From assembly GCA_963771175.1 (NCBI GenBank), contig CAVYSY010000033.1:448001-512000 (forward strand): 64,000 nucleotides of DNA, in the 5' to 3' direction. The notes beneath the pieces are model-generated. The model did not search any database, had not been told where the DNA came from, and saw only the letters and a list, made by a program, of their open reading frames with translations. Each line of letters opens with the position of its first letter. The first letter of the stretch is position 1. Position numbers and translations under genes: made by a program. Source of the stretch: an uncultured delta proteobacterium. Its GTDB lineage: Bacteria > Myxococcota > Myxococcia > Myxococcales > Myxococcaceae. Below, piece by piece: positions 9,689 to 21,073 of this stretch.

Positions 9689-10743
9689 GACAATCCTTCC
9701 CTGGCGCTCGAGCGAGCAAGCGCCGTCAGCAAGGGTGGGATGTCCGGCAACCCCACCACATGCTGCGCAGCCCCGAGCCGAATGGCCTCACGAGGCATGC
9801 CGAATACCACGCAGGTTGATTCATCCTCCACCACCGTGGCGGCCCCCGCGCGTTTCAGCGCCGCCAGTCCCTCCGCCCCATCCCGTCCCATTCCCGTCAG
9901 CAAGCATCCAATGGCGGCCCCCCCCAGCTCGCGCGCCACGGACTCGAAGAGCTCGTCCACCGAGGGCCGGCACGAGTGCCGCTCCGGCCCCTCCACCACC
10001 CTCAGCCGCCCCCCCTTCACCACCAGGTGGCGGTTGCCGGGCGCCATCCGCACACTCACCCGGCCCGGCATGGGCAGCGGCTCGCCGTCCACCGCGTTGC
10101 GCACCTTCAAGCCGCTCTGCGCCTCCAGCCACTCGACCATGGCGGTGTCGAAGTTCTCGGTGATGTGCAGCACCAGTAACACCGGCAGCGGGAAGTCCGC
10201 TGGCAGCGAGCGGAGGATGTAGCGCACGGCCGCCGGGCCGCCCGTGGAGGCCCCCATCGCCAGCAACCGCGGCGGCACGGCCAGCGGGGCCACCCGGGGC
10301 GGCGCATTCACGTCCAAGTGCAACCGGGCCCGGACGTGGGTGATGACGCGCACGCGCGCCGCCACCCGGACCCGCGACACCAGCGTCTCCATCCACTTCG
10401 CGTCCAGCAGGCCGGAGGGCTTGTCCACCGCGTCCACCGCCCCCGCGGCCAGCGCATCCAGCGTCCGCAGGCCCTCCGTGCGGTTCTCCGCCGCCGAGAG
10501 CACGACGATGGGCGTGGGGCAGTGGGCCATGATGAGCTCGGTGGCGCGCAGCCCGTCCACCTTCGGCATCATCAGGTCCATCGTCACCACGTCCGGACGC
10601 AGGCGCTGGCACTGCTCGAAGGCCTGCTGACCATCCATGGCCTCGCCCACCACCTCGCACGTAGGCTCGAAGGCGAAGGCATCCGCCAGCCGGCGGCGCA
10701 CCGTCAGTGAGTCATCGACGATGAGGACTCGCAGGCGACTCAT
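9685..10743 (-). CDS. cheB: Chemotaxis methylesterase CheB
   Basis: REC domain plus GASTGG, LH, RPSVD and LTGMGRDGA catalytic motifs. Confidence 0.95.
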   Translation of the reverse strand: MSRLRVLIVDDSLTVRRRLADAFAFEPTCEVVGEAMDGQQAFEQCQRLRPDVVTMDLMMPKVDGLRATELIMAHCPTPIVVLSAAENRTEGLRTLDALAAGAVDAVDKPSGLLDAKWMETLVSRVRVAARVRVITHVRARLHLDVNAPPRVAPLAVPPRLLAMGASTGGPAAVRYILRSLPADFPLPVLLVLHITENFDTAMVEWLEAQSGLKVRNAVDGEPLPMPGRVSVRMAPGNRHLVVKGGRLRVVEGPERHSCRPSVDELFESVARELGGAAIGCLLTGMGRDGAEGLAALKRAGAATVVEDESTCVVFGMPREAIRLGAAQHVVGLPDIPPLLTALARSSAREGLS

Positions 10744-12861
10744 GCCTGACTCCGTCCCGCGGCCGTCAGCCGGGCCACCGTGTCCAGGAAGCCGTGCTGC
10801 TGGAACTCACCCTTGACGATGTAGGCAGACACCCCCGCCTCGCGACCGCGCCGCTTGTCCTCGTCCGTGGCCAGCGAGGACACCATGAGGATGGGCAGGG
10901 ACTGCAGGGAGGGCGTGGCGCGCAGGCGCCGGGTGACATCCAACCCGGACATGCCCGGCATCTCCACGTCGACGATGAGCAGGGAGTGGCCGCCGCGCAG
11001 GGCCTTCTCGACGCCCTCCTCGCCGGAGGCGGCCAGCTCCACCTGGTAGCCGGCGGCCTCGAGGATGCTCTTCTCCAGCATGCGGGTGGTGACGGAGTCG
11101 TCCACCACGAGGATGAGGTGCTTGCGCGAGGGGCGTACCTGCGGAGGCCCTCCGGAAGAGCCCGCCTGCACCAGCCGCACCAGGCCCGCCGTGTCCAGCA
11201 GCAGCAGGGGAACGCCCTGCTCGTCGAAGCTGGCCCCGGCCACCAGCGGCATGTGCGGCACGGAGGCGGGCAGCGGCCGGCTCACCCGGCGCGAGATGCC
11301 CAGCAGCCGCTCCGCGCCCACTGCGGCACGGCCCGCCGAGCCCGCGTCGAGCACCAGCACGGACCAGGAACGCGGCCGCTGCGCACTGGCGGCGCCGCCC
11401 ATGGCGTCCGCCAGGGGAAGGAAGGGCAGCACCTCGCCGGAGTAGGAGAGAGAGGCCCGCGCCCCCGTCCAGGTGACGGCCTCGGCGGGCATGTGGACGG
11501 CACCACTGAGCGCCTCCAGCGGCAGCAGCAGTCGCTGCCCACCGGCCTCCACCGCCAGCATCTCCAGCGAGGCCAGGGTGAGGGGCACCTCCAGCGTGAT
11601 GCAGGTGCCCTGTCCCAGCCGGGAGGTGATGTACACATCTCCCTTGAGCCGGCGCACCGTGTCCCACACCACGTCCAGCCCCACGCCGCGGCCGGACACC
11701 TCGGTGATGGCACGGGCCGTGCTGAAACCGGGCCGGAAGAGAAGCTGCAGCAGCCCCTGCTCGTCCAGGGCGTCCACCTCGGGGGCAGTGGCCACGCCAC
11801 GCTCCACCGCCACCTGGCGCACCCGCCCCAGGTCCACCCCGCGCCCGTCGTCCTCGCACCGGAAGGAGACACGCCCGCCACGCCGCAGCACCTTCAGCGA
11901 GAAGCGGCCCGTGGGCGACTTGCCCACCGCCCTGCGCTCGTCGGGCGTCTCCAGCCCATGGTCCACCGCGTTGCGCACCACGTGCACCAGCGCCTGGCGC
12001 ACCGCCGCCAACACGTGCCCGTCAATCTGGATGTCCCCGCCCTCGGCGGACATCTCCACCTGACGGCCCAGCGATGGCGGCCGCGTCGCGCGCGGCCAGC
12101 TCCAGCGGCCCGAAGAGCGTCTGCGCCGGGACGAGCCGCAGGGTGTGGGCCCCGTCCCGCAGGCGCGCCAGCTCCGACTCCACCTGCCCCAGCCCGCCGC
12201 CGAACTGCCGCCCCGCCTTCACCAGCGAGGAGCGCAGCCCCTCGGTCACGGACAGCACGCGCGACAGCCACCGGGCGCGCTCCACGGGAGAGCCACTGGA
12301 GGCGACCGGCGCGGTGAGCTGCTCGATGAGGCTGCTGGCGCCGTGCTGCGCCTGCGCCAGCGACTCCACCGCGCCCCGCAACCCGCCAAGCTGCACCACC
12401 GCCTCGGACAGGCCCTCCAGCAGCGTGTCCAGGCGCTCCAGCTCCACGCGCACCACCTCGGACGAGGGGCCCTCGGGGGCTGTCACCACCACCGGAGTCC
12501 CCGCCTCGGGTCGGTCCGCCTCGGGGGTGGGGGCCAGAGCCGGAGCATCCAGCGCGTCCAGCGCGTCCGCCATCTGCCCCACGAGGCGCAGAAACTCGTG
12601 CACGCTGTCGACGGGCACCGCCGCGCCGCTGTTGCGGTAGGGCGACAGCGCGTCCTCCACCGAGTGCGCCATCTCCGCCAGGCGTACCTGCCCCACCACG
12701 CGCGCGGCCCCCTTCAGGGTGTGCGCATAGCGGAAGAGCTCAGGCACCGCCTGTGCGCCGCCGTCGCCCTCGTCCAACGAGAGCAGTCCCTGGGTGAGCT
12801 GCTCGAGCAGCTCCCGGGCCTCGATGCGGAAATAGTAGAGGGGATCGCTTTCCAGGCTCAT
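10740..12861 (-). CDS. cheA: Hybrid CheA kinase (HPt-HATPase-CheW-REC); frameshift near 12060
   Basis: AHTLKG HPt, [26 protein letters not shown] and C-terminal REC across two ORFs. Confidence 0.9.
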
Positions 12862-14334
12862 TCGGCGACACGCGAGTCGATGATGGCGTTGAGCTGCTTG
12901 GAGAGCTGGATGAGCTGATTGGCCGTCTGCAGCGTCTGCGAGGAGGTGGACTCGGCCTGACGGGCCGTCTGCGCCACCTCGAGGATGGCGGTGTTCACCT
13001 GCTCCACCGCTGTCGTCTGCTGCTGGGTACTCAGCTCGATCTCCCGCGCCACGTCCAGATTGGCACGCACCAGCTCCGCGATGCGCCGGAAACTGCCGGC
13101 CACGTCGACAAACTGTTGAGCACTGCTCTGCACCGCCTTGGAGCCGTCCTCGGTGGCCATGATGGTGGTATTGGAGGCGGCGCGAATTTCGTCGATGAGC
13201 ACGCGGATGTCCTTGGTGGAGCTGCCCACCCGGTCCGCCAGCTTGCGGATCTCCTCGGCCACCACGGCGAAGCGCTTGCCGTGCTCCCCCGCCCCGGCGC
13301 TCTCGATGGTGGCGTTGATGGCGAGGATGTTCGTCTGCTCGGCCAGATCGTTGATGATGTCGACGATGCCGCCAATCTCCTGCGAGCGCTTGCCCAGCGC
13401 CAGCATGTGGTTGACGATGGCCTCCACCTGACGGCGCACCGCGTCAATGGCCTCCTGGGCGTGCTGCACCGTCTCGTTGCCGGTGCGGGCCGCGCCGGCC
13501 GTCTCGTCCGCCACGCGCGCCACCTGCTGCGCGCTGCCGGCGATCTGCCGCGACGTGGACAGCAGTTCCTTGACGGTGGTGGAGATCTCCGTGGTGGCCG
13601 AGGCCTGCTCCCGCGCGCCCGTGGCCTGCTGCGAGGCCGAGGTCTGGAGCTCGGCCGACGAGCCCTGCACCTGCGAGATGGCCGTGGAGATCTTCTTCTG
13701 CAGGCCCGTGACGATGGCGACGGCGGCCAGCAGGACGAGGAAGAAGGCCATGACGCCACCGCCACCGAACACCCAGTCGAAGGCGCGCGCGCGCCGCTGC
13801 AAATGGGCATCGCGGCTCGCGAGCAGCTCCAGCTCCATCCGGCGCATCTCCTGCACCGCGCTCCGGATGCCGTCCATCAACTCCCGGCCCTCGCCGGTGC
13901 GGATGACGGCCTGGGCGGCCTCGAAGCCCCGGGTGCGGCGGAGCTCCACATTGTCGCGCAGGCTGGCCAGCGTCCGGGAGAGGAGGGGCCGCAGGAGCCT
14001 CCAGCCGCCGGACCTGCTCGGGGTTGTCGGAGACCAGCGTACCCAGCTGCGAGAGCTCCTGCTCGATGTCCGCCTGGGCCTGAGTGTAGGGCTCCAGGTA
14101 CACCTCGTCCCCGGTGAGGACATAGCCCCGCTGGCTCGACTCCGCGGCCCTGACGCTGGAGAGGAGTCGCTCCAGGCCGGTGATGACCTGATGGGAGTGC
14201 TCCACGGTGGCGGCGGCCCCCGTGAACTCATGGGTGCTCCTGAGGGCCAGGAAGACGAAGGAGGCGAGCAGCCCCGTCACCAGGATGAACCCGGCCACGA
14301 ATTGCTGGGTGAGCGACCATTTGGACATCGTCAT
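12858..14334 (-). CDS. Methyl-accepting chemotaxis protein with CHASE3 sensor; frameshift near 13990
   Basis: TM plus [12 protein letters not shown] (CHASE3); [34 protein letters not shown] signalling hairpin. Confidence 0.9.
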
Positions 14335-14335
14335 G

Positions 14336-14872
14336 TCATCTCCCCTCCTGGGGAGCGGCGGCCTCCTCCAGCAGTTTCCTCACGAGAGCGTCGACGTCGA
14401 GCACCGGCAGCGGGGAGGCGCCCGGAAGCAGGACGCTAGCGCTCAACAGGGCATGGGTGGTGGAGGAACCACCCGGCCTGAGCTGCTCACTGGTGGCACG
14501 CAGCTGGCCCTCGAAGCCAGACGCGGCCAGCCCCACGCGCCGGGCGCCGCCCGCGAGCAGCAGCCAGCGGGCGGGCTCTCCCGTCTGCAGGCCCAGGAGC
14601 GCCGCCAGGTCGTGCACGGCGATGAGCTGGCCGCGCAGCCCCGCCACGCCCAGCAGCGAGGCCGGGCTGTTCGGCAGGCGCACCACACGGGGCATGAGGT
14701 GGAGGCCGGACAGGTGGCCCAGGCGCACGGCCAGGGGGGCACCGCCCACGCGCAGCCGCAGCAGCGCCTCGCCGGGCTCCTGCTGTGGCGGGGGCGGACG
14801 GGAGAAAGAGGAATCGAAGCTGTCGCGCAGCTCGTCCAACCGCAGCGCCATCCGGGTGCGAGGCAGACTCAT
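14336..14872 (-). CDS. cheW: CheW-like coupling protein
   Basis: LGVAGLRGQLIAVHDL motif; operon context. Confidence 0.85.
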   Translation of the reverse strand: MSLPRTRMALRLDELRDSFDSSFSRPPPPQQEPGEALLRLRVGGAPLAVRLGHLSGLHLMPRVVRLPNSPASLLGVAGLRGQLIAVHDLAALLGLQTGEPARWLLLAGGARRVGLAASGFEGQLRATSEQLRPGGSSTTHALLSASVLLPGASPLPVLDVDALVRKLLEEAAAPQEGR

Positions 14873-16281
14873 GAGACCTCCGTACAGGCCTGGAGCTCCT
14901 GCAGGCCCACCTGCATGAGCCCATGACGGCCAAAGCCCGCTCCGAAGAGGGACAGGTGCAGGGGCTGCTCCTGGGGCAACAGCGAGAGGGCCATGCGCAG
15001 GGCCACCCGGGCCGCGCCCACGTCACCGGCCCGGCGCGCCAGCGTCCCCGCGCGCAGGTGACCCAGGGCGAAGGTGGGATCCGAGCGCACGGCCGCATTG
15101 TACCGGTTGCGGGCGCCAACCTCGTCCCCGGCCTGCTCCAGACACAGCCCCAGCAGGTAATGAGCCGCGGCCTCGGAGGTGCCCGCCGTGGTGAGCTGCC
15201 GGCCCATCCGCTCGGCCTCGTCCAGACGCCCGGCGTGCAGGTGCAGCACCGCGCGCAGCAGCATGCCCCGGGGCTGCGAGGCCTGGGGCAGCGACTCCAG
15301 GAGCGTCCACGCCTCGGTGTAGCGCTCCCCCTCGAGAAGACGCAGCACCTCCTCCAACCCGTCCGGCGGCGCGGCCTGCTTCGGAGGGGCCACGGGAGGC
15401 AGGGCCGAGGAAGACGGAGGAGAAGAGCGCAGCACGGTGGACGGTGGAGACAGCACCACGGAGGCGGGCAGCGCCGGCTGCCGCAGGCGATAGTAGAAGG
15501 CGTCCCCGCTCCGCAGCAGCTCGAATTCGTCGGAGATGCCTCGCAGCGTCTCGCTGGGGCCCAGGAAGAGGTAGCCGCCGGGCACCAGGGACTGGGCCAT
15601 GCGGGCGATGATCGTCCGCATCACCTCCGGCGGGAAATAGAGGACCACGTTGCGGAAGAGGATGGCGTGGAAGGAGCCCGGAGCCCAGAAGGCGGGGGCC
15701 TCCTCCAGGAGGTTGCGCTCCTCGAAGATGACCTGGTCACGCACCTTGGGCTGGAGGGCGAAGCCCGCGGGGGAGCGCTGGAACCAGTGGTCGCGCAGGG
15801 AGAGCGGCACGGCGCGCAGGGACCAGGGGGAGTACACGGCGCGACGGGCCTGGGCGATGGCGCGCGGGTTGACGTCGATGCCGAGAATGCGGAGGCGGGA
15901 GGCATCCACCCGGACACTCTGCCGGGCCAGGAGGGCCACCGAGTAGGGCTCCTCTCCAGTGGAGCAGCCGGCGCACAGCACGCGCACCTGGGACGTCTGG
16001 CGCTGGAAGGAGGGCAGCACCTGCTCCACCAGCGTCTCCAGCTGGGTGGGGTGGCGCAGGAAGTACGTCTCTCCCACGGTGAGCCGCTCGGCCAGCGTCC
16101 TCCACTCCTCCTGCCAGGAGGAGCCCAGGCGCTCCAGGTAGCGCTCCACACCGTCGGCGGCCCGCTCCACGAGAAGGGACTCCAGCTCTCCCCACTGGGC
16201 CTGTTCGTAGTGCAGGCCCAGGCGTTGCTCCACGAGCGCGGCGAAGCGGGCGACTGGAGTGCGGGCAGGCGCGGCGATCAC
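14869..16281 (-). CDS. cheR: CheR methyltransferase with C-terminal TPRs
   Basis: LTVGETYFLR, AGCSTGEEPYS, FRNVVLYF; TPR tail. Confidence 0.92.
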   Translation of the reverse strand: MIAAPARTPVARFAALVEQRLGLHYEQAQWGELESLLVERAADGVERYLERLGSSWQEEWRTLAERLTVGETYFLRHPTQLETLVEQVLPSFQRQTSQVRVLCAGCSTGEEPYSVALLARQSVRVDASRLRILGIDVNPRAIAQARRAVYSPWSLRAVPLSLRDHWFQRSPAGFALQPKVRDQVIFEERNLLEEAPAFWAPGSFHAILFRNVVLYFPPEVMRTIIARMAQSLVPGGYLFLGPSETLRGISDEFELLRSGDAFYYRLRQPALPASVVLSPPSTVLRSSPPSSSALPPVAPPKQAAPPDGLEEVLRLLEGERYTEAWTLLESLPQASQPRGMLLRAVLHLHAGRLDEAERMGRQLTTAGTSEAAAHYLLGLCLEQAGDEVGARNRYNAAVRSDPTFALGHLRAGTLARRAGDVGAARVALRMALSLLPQEQPLHLSLFGAGFGRHGLMQVGLQELQACTEVS

Positions 16282-16760
16282 GCGCCCCCCGCATTAGAGG
16301 AGGGATTCTCCAGGCGGCGCCAGAGGTCCTCGGGCAGCAGATGGGCCGAGCCCAGCACTGCCAGCAAGCCCCCATCGAGCGAGCCCACGTGCTGGAGGCG
16401 CCCACTGGCGAGGGAGCGCAGCAGCGGAGGCACGGACTCCAGCGTGTCCTCCTCCATCCAGCGCAGGCCGCGCACCTCATCCACCTCGAGCGCCAGGCGC
16501 CCCTCGGGCACGCGCAACGAGATGAAGCGCTGGCCAGGGCTGGCCTGGGTGGAGGGGGCTCCCCCCAGCAGCGCCGCCAGGCTCACCACGGGTGAGGGCG
16601 TGCCGCGCACCAGGCTCACCCCCCGCACGAAGACAGGAGCCGCCGACACCGGGGCGACCGGCAGCGGCCTCATCGTCTCCTCCACTTCTTCGAGCGGCAG
16701 CGCGCACATCCACTCCTGCGCCCTCACTACGAGGAAGCAGCGCGACCCCTGCCTGGGCAT
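16278..16760 (-). CDS. cheW: CheW-like coupling protein
   Basis: FVRGVSLVRGTPSPVVSL, ALEVDEV; ATG at 16760 preceded by GGGGGAG. Confidence 0.85.
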   Translation of the reverse strand: MPRQGSRCFLVVRAQEWMCALPLEEVEETMRPLPVAPVSAAPVFVRGVSLVRGTPSPVVSLAALLGGAPSTQASPGQRFISLRVPEGRLALEVDEVRGLRWMEEDTLESVPPLLRSLASGRLQHVGSLDGGLLAVLGSAHLLPEDLWRRLENPSSNAGGA

Positions 16761-17327
16761 GACTCCCCCTTCGGGTTCGAACAGGACGCAAATCATGCAC
16801 CGTCAACGTAGGTCAAGGCGAGCCCCGTCTGCGGCCGCCGGTCGCCTGGACGGCGCCGGGAGCGGGCAGGCGCCGCACATACCCGAGCCCACCCACGTCC
16901 ACACGCGCGCCCGAATCGCCAAATCCTCGCAAATTTTCCGTCACGCGAAACACCCGCCCTCCGCCCCACTTTGAATTCAAGACGGAAAATTGGTGCCTGC
17001 GCACAAGGCGTTTCGCGAACAGTGAAGTCTGTGAATCTTCACGCGAAGAAACCGTGTCCCCCTCCTAGAATGCCTCGACATATCCGGCGCCCTCCTGGTA
17101 ATTGGGAATTACCGCGTAGGCGCGGGCAGACAAAGACTCACACCCGCCTGCCAGAAAACCAGCAAGTGTTTGAGATGTGCTCGTTTGATCTGGCGTAGGT
17201 CTTTATGCTGACCGCGGGCAGGAACAACACGCGGGGTCGCACCTTGCCGTAACAGCCAGTGATTGCCACCAGACCTGCCCACGAGCGCAGGCCGCCGAGT
17301 CGGACGACGGGAACGGAGCTGACGAGC

Positions 17328-18620
17328 ATGATTCGGATCGGGCGAAGGAAGTTCACAGCCGGGTTGGGGGCCTCTCTGCTGGCAACCCCCCTGCTCCAAT
17401 TCCTCAGTGGAGAGGCGCGGGCCGCGGCCCCCCTCGCCCGGCGACTCATCGTCTTCTTCAGCCCCAACGGGACGGTGCACCGCCTGTGGCGCCCCACCGG
17501 CACGGAGACGTCCTTCTCGTTCCCGGCCGGCGGCATGATGGAGCCGCTCAACCGCCACCTCGCCAACCTCCTCGTCTGCGAGGGCATCGACTTCCTCGAG
17601 GTGGACAACCACGAGGCGGGCATGGCCAACATGCTCACCGGTGGAGGCACGGCGCAGAGCACCTCCGGGGGCCTGTCCGTCGACCAGTTCCTCGCGAGCA
17701 AGATTGGCCAGAGCTCGCGCTTCCAATCGCTGGAGTTCGGCGTACAGACGAGTCTCTGGGGCGCCACGCGCTCCACGCGCATGTCGTACACGGCGCCGGG
17801 CGTCTTCGCCTCGCCCGAGGACAACCCGCGCAACGCCTTCCAGCGCCTCTTCGGCGCCCTCGGGGGCGATGCCACCGCCGCCGACAAGCAGCTTCGTCGG
17901 CGCAAGAGCATGCTGGACCTGGTGCGCGGGGAGCTGAATGACCTGTCCCAGCGGGTGGGCGCGGAGGAGAAGCGCAAGCTCGAGCAGCACCTCGAGGCGC
18001 TGCGCCAGACGGAGCGCGGGCTGACCGAGCCCGTGGCGCTCCCCGGGTGCACCTCCGCCACGGCGCCCGTCGCCATGGATGCCATGGCGAACGCGAACTT
18101 CCCCGCCGTGGGCCGAGCCCAGACGGACCTGATGGTGAGCGCGCTCGCCTGCGGCATGACGCGCGTGGCCTCCCTCCAGTGGTCGCACACCGTGGCGCCC
18201 CAGGTCTTCACCTGGACGGGCGTCAGCGAGGCCCACCACGAGCTGTCCCACAAGGACGACTCCAACACGGCGGGGCTCGCGGACTTCGTCAAGAGCGAGC
18301 GCTGGTTCGCCGAGCAGTTCGCCTACCTGCTGGACTCCCTCAAGTCCCGCCCCGACCTGGAGGGCGGCGGCTCGATGCTCGACACCACCCTGGTGCTCTG
18401 GGCCAAGGAGCTCGGCGACAGCCGCCTGCACAACTGCCGCTCCGTCCCCTTCATCCTCGCCGGCGGCTCGAGCAGCTACTTCCGCTTCGGGCGCTACCTC
18501 CGCTACAGCGGCGCCGCGCACCAGAAGCTCCTCACCTCGGTCTGCCACGCCCTGGGCGTCACCCTCGACACCTTCGGTGATGCGTCCAGGTCCAGCGGCC
18601 CTCTCGACGGGCTCGTCTGA
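17328..18620 (+). CDS. DUF1552 family protein (Tat-like signal)
   Basis: GRRKF, FFSPNG, SVDQ, HHELSH, SMLDTT, LHNCRSVPFILAGG. Confidence 0.85.
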   Translation: MIRIGRRKFTAGLGASLLATPLLQFLSGEARAAAPLARRLIVFFSPNGTVHRLWRPTGTETSFSFPAGGMMEPLNRHLANLLVCEGIDFLEVDNHEAGMANMLTGGGTAQSTSGGLSVDQFLASKIGQSSRFQSLEFGVQTSLWGATRSTRMSYTAPGVFASPEDNPRNAFQRLFGALGGDATAADKQLRRRKSMLDLVRGELNDLSQRVGAEEKRKLEQHLEALRQTERGLTEPVALPGCTSATAPVAMDAMANANFPAVGRAQTDLMVSALACGMTRVASLQWSHTVAPQVFTWTGVSEAHHELSHKDDSNTAGLADFVKSERWFAEQFAYLLDSLKSRPDLEGGGSMLDTTLVLWAKELGDSRLHNCRSVPFILAGGSSSYFRFGRYLRYSGAAHQKLLTSVCHALGVTLDTFGDASRSSGPLDGLV

Positions 18621-18667
18621 GCTCCTCCTCCACTTTCGTCCTCCCTCGCGATTCAGGAGGCAGAACC

Positions 18668-20984
18668 GTGCGCTCTTCCCGGCACCTCGTTGCCCTTGGC
18701 ACCCTTTTTCTTTCCGTGGCCATCCTCTCCGGCTGCACGTCCGAGAGCGGCTGCCCTGATGACCTGGAGTTCTTCCGCACCCGGATGTGGGAGCCGGTGA
18801 TGGCCGTGCAGTGCATGGCCTGCCACAAGTCAGATGGGCTCGCGGCCGGCACGCGACTGGTGCTGCTGCCCCCGGACGCACCGGGCGCACTGGAGCGCAA
18901 CTTCATGACGGTGCGGGCGCTCGCGCGCGAGAAGGTCGACGGCACGCCCCTGCTGCTGCTCAAGCCCTCGGGCCTGCACCCACAGGGTCACGGCGGCGGC
19001 ACGCTCGTGGCCCAGGACAGCACGCGCTACCGAGGACTTCCGAGCCTTCACGGACCGCATCAACGGCGCCCCCGGCGTCTGCGAGGCCTCCGCCCTGAAG
19101 GCCTGCGGCCCGGGCTCCCCCGACACCACCGCGAAGCGTCGGCTCCGCCTGCTCACCCGCTTCGAGTACGACAACACCCTGCGTGACCTCCTCTACGTGG
19201 ACTCCACGTGGGGCCAGTCCTTCCCCGCCGAGGAGGTGGCCAATGGCTTCGACAACGACGCGGACGCGCGCGCGGTGAGCCCGCTGCACGCCGACAAGCT
19301 CCTCACCGCCGCCGAGCAAGCTGCCGAGGCCGCCATGGTGAACCTGTCCCGGCACGTCTCCTGCCCGGCCGGGGGACGACTGCGCGAAGCAGTTCATCCA
19401 GAAGTTCGGCGAGCGCGCCTTCCGCCGCCCACTCACGGACGCGGAGCAGACCCGCTACCGGTCGCTCTACACCTCCGTGTCCCTGGAGGACGGGTACTCC
19501 GAGGGCCTCGAGGCCGTCATCGCCGCCATGCTCCAGTCCCCCCACTTCCTCTATCGCTCGGAGCTGGGACAGCACCTCGGCAATGGGCAGTACGCGTTGA
19601 CGGACTACGAGGTGGCCTCGGAGCTGTCCTACCTCTACTGGGGCTCGATGCCGGATGAGACGCTCTTCGCCAAGGCACGCGCGGGGGCCCTGCACACGCC
19701 GGAGCAGCTCTCCCTGGAGGCGCGGCGGATGCTGGCGTCCCCCCGGAGCCGCCCGATGCTCGACCACTTCGTGAGCCAATGGCTGGAGCTGGAGCGGATC
19801 GACCAGGCGCAGAAGGACATGACCGCCTTCGCGGACTTCACCCCCGCCATCCGCAAGGAGATGAAGGCCGAGACGATGGAGTTCTTCGACTACGTCGTCC
19901 GCACCAGCAGCGGCCAGTTCCCCGAACTCTTCTCCGCGAACTACACCTTCGTCTCGGACGGGCTGGCGTCGTTCTACGGCCTCTCGGGGACGGTGGGCCC
20001 CACGTCGACGACCAGCAATGGCCTGCGGCAGTGGAACCTGGGAGGCACGGGTCGCGGCGGCATCCTCACCCACGGGAGCATCCTGGCCAGCCAGGCCACG
20101 CCGCAGACGTCCTCGCCCGTGCGCCGAGGCAAGCTCGTCCGCGAGCGCCTGCTGTGCCAGCCGCTCCCCCCTCCGCCCCCGGGCCTCAACGTGCAGCTCC
20201 CCCCGGTGGACCCGCAGGCGTCCAACCGCGTGCGCTTCCAGGACCACTCGCGCGACCCGGCCTGCTCGTCCTGCCACAAGCTGATGGACCCCATCGGCTT
20301 CGGCTTCGAGCAGTTCGACGGCGTCGGCCGCTACCAGCCCACACACGGCGGGCAGCCCGTGAACGCCAGCGGAGAGGTGCTGTCCGCGCCCTCGCCCGCC
20401 ACCGAGGGCACCTTCACCGGAGTGGACGGGCTCCAGCGCAAGCTGGCCGACAGCCCGGACGTCCAAGCCTGTTTCTCGCTGCAGTGGCTGCGCTTCGCCT
20501 ACGGCATCTCCGGAGATGACGCCACCTGCGTGGCCCAGCAGGTGACCGACAGCTTCCAGAAGGAACACCTGAGCATCCCCGAGCTGCTCGTCTCGCTGAC
20601 CCAGCTCACGCGCTTCACCCAGCGCGTGGGAGATGCAACCGGCACGGTCGAACCGGGCCAGGGAGATGGTGGAACCGGGGCTCGCCGACATCACCCACCT
20701 CGCCGACGTCGCCGACCTCGCCGCCGGCCAGTGGCAACGCGCAGGTCACCGTGTCGACCCAGGATGACTGGCGCACCGGCTACTGCAACACCGTCAAGGT
20801 GACCAACAACGGCACGGCCCCGCTCACCTGGCGCGTCAGCATCTCCGTGGAGGGGACCATCAACAACGCCTGGAATGCCACGTACACCCTCTCGGGGAGT
20901 CAGGTCTCCTTCGTCGGTGACGACTGGAACGCCCAGCTCGCCCCCGGCGCCAGCACCAGCTTCGGCTACTGCGCGGGCCGCTAG
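18668..20984 (+). CDS. DUF1587/1592/1588-type c-heme lipoprotein with C-terminal cellulose-binding (CBM2-like) domain; about 3 frameshifts
   Basis: LSGC lipobox, CMACH, RLLTRFEYDNT, LQSPHFLYR, TSSPVRRG, CSSCH..MDPIG; C-terminal DW.TGYC..W..WNA..WN..FGYC. Confidence 0.8.
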
Positions 20985-21073
20985 CCTGGGCCCGCGAAGC
21001 AGAGGGGCAGGTACCGCCTCTCGTGGCTCTTGAACCTCGCGCCCCCTGCCGATAGGGAGGCGCGAGCCCCCCT

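Noticed and set aside
10740..14334. Programmed frameshifting or pseudogenes in cheA/mcp
   Set aside because: No slippery heptamer recognised; same indel pattern as elsewhere in the window.
16800..17300. ncRNA or foreign DNA in the AT-richer intergenic region
   Set aside because: No tRNA cloverleaf, riboswitch or repeat recognised; consistent with divergent promoters.
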